From Gemmatimonadales bacterium (lineage in GTDB: Bacteria > Gemmatimonadota > Gemmatimonadetes > Gemmatimonadales > GWC2-71-9), in assembly GCA_044869265.1 (NCBI GenBank), contig JBIOXD010000048.1, positions 16,002 through 80,001 on the forward strand: 64,000 bases of DNA, given 5' to 3'. Position numbers and translations under genes: made by a program. Positions 25,587 through 33,101 of this stretch are shown here, piece by piece (within the stretch, counting starts at the first letter, position 1; every line of letters starts with the position of its first letter). The notes beneath the pieces are model-generated. The model worked only from the letters and a program-made list of their open reading frames with translations, made no database searches and was not told where the DNA came from.

Positions 25587-26403
25587 GCGAACCTCGATAC
25601 GCTGTTGCGAGCCGCTCAGTTTGAGCGTTTACAGGAAGCGCCTCCAGGACACGGGCCACGAGTGGCGACCTGCCAGCGGCGCGTCTGCCATGCCGCCTCA
25701 TGTTGGAGGGATCGTCGAAACCTGCGAGCAGGCGCGCGGTGCGAACAGGCAGGTGCTCCAAGACCACGAGCTGTTTATAGGCCAGCAGCCGGATGCACAA
25801 GATGCAGTGCTCAACTCGTGCAAAGCCGGCCGAGACGCATTGGCGCTTGACCGCAGCGAGCGACATCCGACACCGGACAGCCAAGTGGCGGGGCCGACGA
25901 ATGGACCACGGATCGAAGCAGACGGCCTCGACGAGCGATCTCAATGAACGCAAAGCGGGCTCGGCGCTCAGGACGAGATCGGCAATGCAGCTGCCACTCG
26001 GTCCGTGGACAAGGCAGAGCAGTCTGGTCACCCTTTCGTCGCCCGTCCGTCCCCGGAGAACGTGTACGCCATGCTCCGAAGCAAGTTCCAGCCAGTGGGG
26101 GCTAATGGGGCTGTCTCCTGGAATCAGGCACAATGTCGCGCGCCGAAGCAATAAGTCTAACGAGCGCACTTCCACGAACGGCAGGGGATTGGTGAGGTCC
26201 ACCACCACGAAGTCACCCGAACGCACTTCGTGGGGGGGCGGTGCAGCGGCCCAATTGCGGACGTGGACCGTAGGCCTCAGCGCCCCATACAGGTTGGCAA
26301 GTGGTCGGCCAGGGGGACTGAGAATGTGCACAGTGCCTGGCAGCACATTGGGCAATGTTGCGTGACGGACCTGGCGTCCGCGCGACGCTGACGGCTGGTG
26401 CAT
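25570..26403 (-). CDS. AraC-type HTH regulator-like protein, copy 1 (N-terminal domain of unknown type)
   Basis: The C-terminus LAVRCRMSLAAVKRQCVSAGFARVEHCILCIRLLAYKQLVVLEHLPVRTARLLAGFDDPSNMRRHGRRAAGRSP follows the AraC HTH pattern. 17-nt overlap with the downstream Asp-box gene. The start codon is uncertain. Confidence 0.5.
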   Translation of the reverse strand: MHQPSASRGRQVRHATLPNVLPGTVHILSPPGRPLANLYGALRPTVHVRNWAAAPPPHEVRSGDFVVVDLTNPLPFVEVRSLDLLLRRATLCLIPGDSPISPHWLELASEHGVHVLRGRTGDERVTRLLCLVHGPSGSCIADLVLSAEPALRSLRSLVEAVCFDPWSIRRPRHLAVRCRMSLAAVKRQCVSAGFARVEHCILCIRLLAYKQLVVLEHLPVRTARLLAGFDDPSNMRRHGRRAAGRSPLVARVLEALPVNAQTERLATAYRGSHERRA

Positions 26404-26625
26404 GAAGCCTTAGTACCGCGCAACTCGGATGGCGTGCCCGCTGCATCAGTCACCGAAACACGGGTCACGCTACCGTTGAGCGGAGGGCTGCTCGTTCTAC
26501 GTCCCTACCTCACGCTATACCCTCGCTCTCTGTCACGCGTCACCGGAATGGCGCGCTGTCGCGGTGTCGCAACAGAGGCGGCCCGCGTTGAGCGTTCGCC
26601 CGCGGCGCCGTAGCTTTCGGTGCCC

Positions 26626-26830
26626 ATGAGCCTGTCGGCCGCGCCGCCACTTCCAGCCCGCATCACCGACGTCCACATCCACATCCAGCCTGGCGCCGGA
26701 ACTCAAGCCCAAACTCCAGGAGGCGATGGCGTAAGGGAAGGAATCGCATTGGGACTTCCTCATTTCCCTGGTGGACGACCCCAACGGGCCTACTCGATGC
26801 TGATGGACAAGTCGGGCGTTGGCGGGCGCG
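26626..26830 (+). pseudogene. Amidohydrolase 5' fragment 1 (frameshifted, with stop)
   Basis: MSLSAAPPLPARITDVHIHIQP matches the start of the intact gene at 30865. Several indels and a TAA follow. Similarity also covers ~50 nt upstream and ends near 26830. Confidence 0.8.
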
Positions 26831-26866
26831 GTTGACTCGTGGATCATACCTTGGTATTACTTGAGT

Positions 26867-27133
26867 ATGACAAAACGTGGCAAGGTGGCCGTTAGCATCT
26901 CCGCGGAGGCACTCGCGGCAGCGGAGCGGCTGCGCAAGCACACGGGGGAAAGCCGCAGCGCCGTGTTCGAGCGAGCGCTTCATGGACTCATGGCGGAGGC
27001 GCAACGAACGGCGCGCAGCCGCCGCTACGTCAACGGCTACCGCCGCCGACCGGAGAGTCGGAAGGAGGTCGCAGCAGCACTCTCCGCCGCGCTGCCGGCG
27101 TTGGCGGCCGAGAGTTGGAATGAAACGCGGTGA
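26867..27133 (+). CDS. Ribbon-helix-helix (CopG-like) antitoxin
   Basis: 88 aa from ATG 26867. MTKRGKVAVSISAEALAAAERLRKHTGESRSAVFERALHGL is an RHH pattern. 14-nt overlap with the toxin gene. Confidence 0.8.
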   Translation: MTKRGKVAVSISAEALAAAERLRKHTGESRSAVFERALHGLMAEAQRTARSRRYVNGYRRRPESRKEVAAALSAALPALAAESWNETR

Positions 27134-27434
27134 GGTCTGGTGGGCCCACCTGCCCCGGCCGATCGGTCGCCGGCCGGTCGTGCTCGTCTCGCGCGACGAA
27201 GCCTATACCGTGCGCGAGCTGGTGACGGTGGTCCCGGTGACCACGCGGGTGCGCGACATCCCCGTCGAAGTGACCCTCGGCCGCACCGAGGGCCTGCCGC
27301 GAGCCTGCGTGGCCAACGCCGACACGATCACGACTATCCCCAAGCGCGCCCTGCGCGAGTACGCCGGCGTGCTGGACGGCGAGAAAGTCGCAGCGCTCGA
27401 CGCCGCGCTCCGGTTCGCGCTCAGTCTAGAGTGA
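27120..27434 (+). CDS. MazF/PemK-family type II toxin (endoribonuclease)
   Basis: 104 aa. MKRGEVWWAHLPRPIGRRPVVLVSRDEAY...VVPVTTRVRDIPVEVTL...ANADTITTIPKRAL matches the PemK/MazF pattern. Confidence 0.8.
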   Translation: MKRGEVWWAHLPRPIGRRPVVLVSRDEAYTVRELVTVVPVTTRVRDIPVEVTLGRTEGLPRACVANADTITTIPKRALREYAGVLDGEKVAALDAALRFALSLE

Positions 27435-27814
27435 ACGTCCCCCGCCGCATCACCGACGTGCACATCCACATCCAGCCGTGGCGACAACTCATGCCCAAAG
27501 TCCAGGAGGCGATGCGCAAGGGAAAAGAGGCCCATTGGGACTTCCTCATTTCCCTGATGGACGACCCCAACGCCTTACTGGAGGTGATGGATAAGTCGGG
27601 TGTGTGGCGCGTCGGCCTCGTCAACTATCCGAGCCCCGACATCATGGGGTTCGACGACTCGACCAACACCTTCGCCGCCAAGTAGGCACGGGCGAATCCG
27701 GAACGGCTGCTGCCGTACGGCGGCGTGCACGCGCGCTACAGCAAGGATCCCGCGGGCGACGTCGATCGCCTCATCGATCTTGGGATCCGGCTCCTGAAGA
27801 TCCATCCGCCCCAT
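27431..27814 (+). pseudogene. Amidohydrolase 5' fragment 2 (codons ~10-125, in-frame TAG), truncated at a duplication joint
   Basis: RRITDVHIHIQPWRQLMPKVQEAMRKGKEAHWDFL...TFAAK* then ...ERLLPYGGVHARYSKDPAGDVDRLIDLGIRLLKIHPPH. The Tyr codon TAC of the intact gene is TAG here (27683-27685). Homology stops abruptly near 27814. Confidence 0.85.
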
Positions 27815-28296
27815 CAATCGCGACCGCCATGCAGAAGCCTGCGCGGCTCGTCGGCATGCATTTCTTCAACCCCGTCAACGTCATGAAGCTCGTCGAAGTC
27901 ATCACGCACGGGCCCGACAGCCTGGTCGAGGCGGAACGCGCGGTCGAGCTCGCTCGGCGGCTCGGCAAGGAGCCGATCGTGGTCCGGGATTCTCCCGGTT
28001 TTGCCTCGAGTAGACTGGGCGTCGTGTTGGGCCTCGAGGCGATGCGGATGCTCGAGCAGGGTGTGGCGAGTGCCGAGGACATCGACAAGGCGATGGAGTT
28101 GGGCTACAACCATCCGATGGGGCCACTGAAGCTCACCGATCAGGTCGGCCTCGATGTGCGTTTGGCGATCGCGGAGTATCTGCACGCCACACTCGGCAAG
28201 TCCCACTATGAGCCGCCGAGAATCCTGCGCGAGAAAGTGAAGAAGGGGGAGCTGGGGAAGAAGTCGGGAAAGGGGTTCTATACTTGGAGCGATTGA
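27815..28296 (+). pseudogene. Duplicate of the 3' ~480 nt of hbd (no start, fused to amidohydrolase fragment)
   Basis: IATAMQKPARLVGMHFFNPVNVMKLVEV...GKGFYTWSD aligns with hbd 21975-22471. There are only a handful of substitutions in the first ~250 nt by eye, and more toward the 3' end. Confidence 0.9.
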
Positions 28297-28341
28297 ACTT
28301 GGGGGCGAAGCCAGATCAGCTCTTCGCTCCCGGTTTGATGG

Positions 28342-29442
28342 CTAGGGGCCGGAAAACCGCCACACTCCCGCTCCACCACTCCCATCGCGTGTGCCAATGA
28401 CAAGTCTTCCCTCGCCGTCGATCGTGGCGGCGTACCCGCCGCCAATCCCCTGAGGTACGGGCAAGCTGTCCCAGGTCTCTCCGTCATCACAGCTCCTGTA
28501 GAGCCCTAAGTCGCTCCACTGGCGCCCGTGTCCGCTTGGTGGAAGGCGGATGTTCTCCGTGGTCAACGCGTAAAACCTGCCATTCACTCGGGCTAACGCG
28601 AGGACATCGCGGTCAAGCCGCGGGCGCAGTGTATAAGTCCATGTCTTGCCCGCATCGTTGGAGCGCATGACGCCTCCCGTAACTCCAGCGAGTCCTGCCC
28701 AGACGCGATTGGAATTCTCGAGGTCAACCATGAGCGCCAGAACAGCGTTCTCATGCCTCGGCGTGGGATCCACGAATTCCCATGAAGTGCCGCCATCATC
28801 GCTGCGCCAGATGACGGCGGTGAAGATTGAGGTCCTGCCACCGGCCCAGACTCGGCCCTGTGCGCTGGGGGCAACCTCGATCGCTCGGATGTGACCGCCA
28901 CCAATCTGGGTTTCGTCGCCTTGGACGAAGGCCCAAGTGCGTCCGCCGTCTTCGGACCGGACAATCTGATCAAAGTATCCCATGAACAGTCTGTCCGGAC
29001 GGTCCGCATTCATGCCGAGTGAATATGCCCAGCCTCGGTTCCCACGCCGGGCAGCGAGCCCACCGTCCCAGGGGAGCCAGGTCGCGCCTCGATCTTCGGT
29101 CGCGAACACGGCGGCGTCGGTTTGGTCGTCGCTGAAAGGGTAGACGCCCACCAAGAGACGGTCGGTCGGTCCAGGCACGAATAGTATGGAAGACACATGA
29201 TGTAGCCCGAGCGGTTGCCAGGTACTGTCGGAAAGATGGAAGACACCGCTGTCGGCCGTACCGGCGTACAGGCCCCATGGGGTCATCGCGAGCGACGTTA
29301 TCCACTGGTCCTCGAGACCGAGAAACGTCCAACTGCTGGTCTCGCTCTCGAGCCGGCAACCCTGAGGTCCAGCGGAGGAATCGCCGCAGGCTCCGAGGAA
29401 CGCGGCAACGCAGGCAATCATCCAGCTACGCGCGTGGTTCAT
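28342..29442 (-). CDS. Asp-box (BNR) repeat beta-propeller lipoprotein, copy 2
   Basis: Start at ATG 29442 gives MNHARSWMIACVAAFLGAC (lipobox), collinear with copy 1. Same Asp-boxes (TEDRGATW, SEDGGRTW, SDDGGTSW, SNDAGKTW, SCDDGETW). Confidence 0.75.
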   Translation of the reverse strand: MNHARSWMIACVAAFLGACGDSSAGPQGCRLESETSSWTFLGLEDQWITSLAMTPWGLYAGTADSGVFHLSDSTWQPLGLHHVSSILFVPGPTDRLLVGVYPFSDDQTDAAVFATEDRGATWLPWDGGLAARRGNRGWAYSLGMNADRPDRLFMGYFDQIVRSEDGGRTWAFVQGDETQIGGGHIRAIEVAPSAQGRVWAGGRTSIFTAVIWRSDDGGTSWEFVDPTPRHENAVLALMVDLENSNRVWAGLAGVTGGVMRSNDAGKTWTYTLRPRLDRDVLALARVNGRFYALTTENIRLPPSGHGRQWSDLGLYRSCDDGETWDSLPVPQGIGGGYAATIDGEGRLVIGTRDGSGGAGVWRFSGP

Positions 29443-29470
29443 GCGAACTTTGATCCGATGTTGCGAGCCG

Positions 29471-30301
29471 CTAACGTTGAGCATTTGCAGGAAGCGCCTC
29501 CATTGCGCGGGCCACGAGTGGCGAGCGATCAGCTGCGCGTCTGCCATGCCGCCTCATGTTTGAGGGATCGTCGAAACCAGCCAGACCGCGCGCGGTACGA
29601 ACGGGTAAATGCTCCGTGGCTACGAGCTCGCTGTATGCCAGCAGTCGGACGCAGAGGATGAAGTGCTCAATTCGTCTGAAGCCGACCTGGGTGCACCGAC
29701 GCCTCACCGCGCCCAGCGTCATCCGAGTCCGCACCGCTCAGCCACGCGGTCGACGAATGGACCATGGATCGAGGCACACGGCCTCCACGAGCGCTTGCAC
29801 CGAACGGAGCACGGGCTCGGCGCTCAGGACGAGATCGGCAATGAAGTTGCCACTCGGTCCCTGGACAAGGCAGAGTAGTTTCGTCACCCTTTCGTCGGCC
29901 GTCCGTCCCCCGAGGACGTGTACTCCAGGCTGCGAAGCGAGGTCCAGCCAGTGGGGGCTAATGGAGCTGTCTCCTGGAATCAGGCACAGTGTCGCGCGCC
30001 GAAGCAATAAGTCTAGCGAGCGCACTTCCACGGGAGGCTGGGGATTGGTGAGGTCGACGACCACGAAGTCACCCGAACGGACTTCGTGCGCGGGTGGTGC
30101 AGCGGCCCAATTTCGGACGTGGACGGTAGGTCTCAGCGCCCCATACAGGTTGGCAAGTGGTCGGCCGGGGGACTGAGAATGTGCAGAGTGCCTGGCAGCA
30201 CATTCCGCGCTGTTGCATGACGGACCTGGCGTCCGCGCGACGCTGACGGCTGGTGCATGAAGCCTTAGTACCGCGCAACTCGGATGGTGTGCCCGCTGCA
30301 T
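29471..30301 (-). pseudogene. AraC-type regulator-like gene, copy 2, interrupted by an in-frame TGA
   Basis: ORFs 29738..30301 and 29471..29734 are in the same frame, separated by TGA at 29738-29740 (copy 1 RRPRHLAVRCRM versus copy 2 RRPRG*AVRTRM). A 1-nt indel relative to copy 1 also changes the N-terminal frame. Confidence 0.7.
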
Positions 30302-30335
30302 CAGTCACTGAAACACGGGTCACGCGACCGTCGCA

Positions 30336-30425
30336 GTATGGACCCCCGAGAATCCTGCGTGAGAGAGTGAATGAAGGGGGAGCTGGGAAAAAGTCGGGAC
30401 CGGGGTTCTACATCTGGACCGACTG
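30336..30425 (+). pseudogene. Third remnant of the hbd 3' end (~90 nt)
   Basis: CAGTATGGACCCCCGAGAATCCTGCGTGAGAGAGTGAATGAAGGGGGAGCTGGGAAAAAGTCGGGACCGGGGTTCTACATCTGGACCGACTGA parallels hbd codons ...YEPPRILREKV..G..GKKSGKGFYTW..*. Confidence 0.75.
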
Positions 30426-30474
30426 AGTCCCTGGAGCTTTGACTTCCGACAACATGCTCTGGTATGACTAACGC

Positions 30475-30810
30475 ATGACCAAACGTCGCAAAGTGGCAGT
30501 CATCATCTCGGCAGACACGCTCGCGGCGGCGGAACGGATCCGCGCGCGAACAGGCGAAAGCCGCAGCGCCGTGTTCGAACGAGCGCTGCACGGCTTGATG
30601 GCTGAGGCGCAGCGTGCCGAGCGCAGCCGCCGTTACGTCAACGGATACCGCCGCCGCCCGGAGGGCGGCGCGGAAGTCGCGGTTGCGCTTCGCGTGACGT
30701 TGCTCGGCCTGGCAGCCGAGCCGTGGGTGAAGCGTGGTGAAGTCTGGTGGGCTCATACGAAGGTCGCGGCGCTCGACAGCGCGCTCCGGTTCGTCCTCAG
30801 TCTCGAGTGA
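30475..30810 (+). CDS. RHH antitoxin fused in frame to MazF remnants (toxin core deleted)
   Basis: 111 aa. MTKRRKVAVIISADTLAAAERIRARTGESRSAVFERALHGL... continues as ...KRGEVWWAH|TKVAALDSALRFVLSLE. This is the first ~9 and last ~17 toxin residues joined, with ~79 codons missing. Confidence 0.75.
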   Translation: MTKRRKVAVIISADTLAAAERIRARTGESRSAVFERALHGLMAEAQRAERSRRYVNGYRRRPEGGAEVAVALRVTLLGLAAEPWVKRGEVWWAHTKVAALDSALRFVLSLE

Positions 30811-30864
30811 AAGTCACCCACATCCGTTGAGGGTTCTGCGGCAGCGCGCTAGCTTTGGGCGCCC

Positions 30865-31749
30865 ATGAGTCTCCCGGCCGCACCGCCACTCCCCGCCCGT
30901 ATCACCGACGTCCACATCCATATCCAGCCGTGGCGCGACCTCAAGCCCAAAGTCCAGCAGGCGATGCGCAAGGGGAAGGAAGATCATTGGGACTTCCTCA
31001 TCTGCCTGATGGACGATCCTCGCGCGCTGCTCGAGGTCATGGACCGCTCCGGCGTCTGGCGCGTAGGACTCGTGAATTATCCCAGTCCCGACATCATGGG
31101 GTTCGACGACTCCACTAACACGTTCGCCGCGAAGTACGCGCAGGCCGATTCGGAGCGGTTGCTTCCGTATGGCGGCGTGCATGCCCGCTTCACGAAAGAC
31201 CCGGCCGGCGATGTCGACCGGCTCGTCGACCTGGGGATCCGGCTGCTCAAGATCCACCCGCCCCACCAGGGCTTCCCCGCCAACGCGTACACCGACGGGC
31301 TGGAGGCGCTGGGGAAGATCTATCGGCGCTGCGAAGAGCGCGGCTTGCCGGTGATGGTCCACACCGGCACGTCGATCTTTCCCGGCGCGCGATCGAAGTG
31401 GGGCAATCCGCTCGAGCTGGATGACATCGCGATCGACTTCCCCGATTTGCCGCTCGTCATGGCGCACGGCGGCCGGCCCCTGTACATGGAGGAAGCGTTC
31501 TTCATTCTGCGACGTCACGGGCACGTCAGGCTCGACGTATCGGGCATTCCGCCCGCGAAATTGCTGGAGTACTTTCCCCGCCTGACCGAGATCGTCGATC
31601 GCGTGTTGTGGGGCACGGACTGGCCCAGCCCAGGAGTCAAGGACCTACGGCAGAACATCGATCAATTCCTGGCACTGCCGCTCGCCGATGCGCAGCGGCG
31701 CGCCATCCTCGAAACCAACGCGCTCACGCTCTTTCCCGTGGAGACTTGA
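30865..31749 (+). CDS. Amidohydrolase-2 family metal-dependent hydrolase (TIM barrel), intact copy
   Basis: 294 aa. N-terminal ITDVHIHIQPW (HxH), LLKIHPPHQGF, VMVHTG, LVMAHGG, WGTDWP. Confidence 0.8.
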   Translation: MSLPAAPPLPARITDVHIHIQPWRDLKPKVQQAMRKGKEDHWDFLICLMDDPRALLEVMDRSGVWRVGLVNYPSPDIMGFDDSTNTFAAKYAQADSERLLPYGGVHARFTKDPAGDVDRLVDLGIRLLKIHPPHQGFPANAYTDGLEALGKIYRRCEERGLPVMVHTGTSIFPGARSKWGNPLELDDIAIDFPDLPLVMAHGGRPLYMEEAFFILRRHGHVRLDVSGIPPAKLLEYFPRLTEIVDRVLWGTDWPSPGVKDLRQNIDQFLALPLADAQRRAILETNALTLFPVET

Positions 31750-33101
31750 TGCGACGATTGTTGCTGTTGATCGCGCTGATTCCCGCATCGGTATCAGGAC
31801 AGGCTGGCAAGATCGTGTTCGAGCAATTCACGCTCCCCAATGGACTCCACGTCGTCTATTCCGAGGATCACTCGACGCCGGTCGTCACGGTGGACCTCTG
31901 GTACGACGTGGGATCGCGCAATGAGCGGGCTGGTCGCTCGGGGTTCGCGCATCTGTTCGAGCACATGATGTTCCAGGGCTCGGCGCACCTGAAGAAGACG
32001 GAGCACGGCCAGCTCATCGAGCGCGCCGGCGGCACGTACAACGGCAGCACCGCCGAGGATCGTACCAACTACTACCAGACCCTGCCGTCGAACCGGCTGA
32101 ACCTCGCGCTGTGGCTCGAGGCGGACCGGATGCGCTCCCTGGCCATCACGACCGAGAACTTCGAGAACCAGCGTCAGGCGGTGAAGGAAGAGCGACGGCT
32201 GCGCGTCGACAATCAACCGTATGCGGCCGCGTTTACGGACGGCCTTACCTGGCCGTTCGACAGCGCCGGGTGCTTCCCGTACTCGCACACGGTCATCGGA
32301 TCCATGGCCGATCTGGACGCGGCGAAGCTGCCCGATGTGCAGGCGTTCTTCGACACCTATTACGCGCCCAACAACGCGACGCTGGTTGTCGTCGGGGACT
32401 TCAACCCCGTGGAGCTGCGACGCCTGGTCAACGAGTACTTCGCCGGCGTACCGAGCCATGCGGAGCCAGAAGCCCCACGCTGCGACAGGGTGACAACGGC
32501 GAAAGGTCCGGTGCGCCGGGAGGTTCGGGACGCCCAGGCAAACCTCGATCTCGTGATGCGGCTGCACCGCGTCCCCGAGCACCGGCACACCGACACGCCC
32601 GCCCTGGAGCTGCTCAACATCGTGCTGGGCCAGGGAGAGAGTTCGCGTCTGAATGTCGCCATCGTCCGGCGCGACAAGGCGGCAGTCGCGACCGGTTCGA
32701 TTCTGAATCCGTTCGGCTCTCGGAACGGTCCGGGCGTCTGGGCCACGTACGGGATCGTCAATCAAGGCGTCACGGCCGAGCGGCTGGACAGTCTGTTGCT
32801 GCGGCAGCTCGACAGCATCCGCGCCAATGGCATCTCGCCGGCCGAGCTCGAGAAGGCGAAGAACGTGCTGCGGTCCGGGTTCATCGCGAACCGCGAGACC
32901 ACATTTGGGAAGGCCGAGGAGCTGCAGCACTATCGCATGTTTCATGGGTCCATCGATGAGATCAACACCGATCTCGAGCGGCTGCTGGCCGTGACAGGCG
33001 ACGACGTGAAGCGCGTCGCGAGCGCGTATCTCGATCCGGCCAACGTGACGCTGGTGATCGTGCGGGCGGGAACGGGGCCGTCGACCGGGGGTGCGCAATG
33101 A
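31749..33101 (+). CDS. M16 (pitrilysin) family zinc peptidase, active subunit
   Basis: ATG 31749 overlaps the upstream TGA. Signal MRRLLLLIALIPASVSGQ. Inverted zinc motif GFAHLFEHMMFQGS (HxxEH). Confidence 0.88.
   Translation: MRRLLLLIALIPASVSGQAGKIVFEQFTLPNGLHVVYSEDHSTPVVTVDLWYDVGSRNERAGRSGFAHLFEHMMFQGSAHLKKTEHGQLIERAGGTYNGSTAEDRTNYYQTLPSNRLNLALWLEADRMRSLAITTENFENQRQAVKEERRLRVDNQPYAAAFTDGLTWPFDSAGCFPYSHTVIGSMADLDAAKLPDVQAFFDTYYAPNNATLVVVGDFNPVELRRLVNEYFAGVPSHAEPEAPRCDRVTTAKGPVRREVRDAQANLDLVMRLHRVPEHRHTDTPALELLNIVLGQGESSRLNVAIVRRDKAAVATGSILNPFGSRNGPGVWATYGIVNQGVTAERLDSLLLRQLDSIRANGISPAELEKAKNVLRSGFIANRETTFGKAEELQHYRMFHGSIDEINTDLERLLAVTGDDVKRVASAYLDPANVTLVIVRAGTGPSTGGAQ

Noticed and set aside
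27604-28296. The 230-aa ORF that looks like an intact gene.
   Set aside because: Only its C-terminal ~160 residues are hbd-like. The N-terminal part is an out-of-frame reading of the amidohydrolase fragment, so it is a chimeric ORF created by the duplication joint, with no SD or sensible start.
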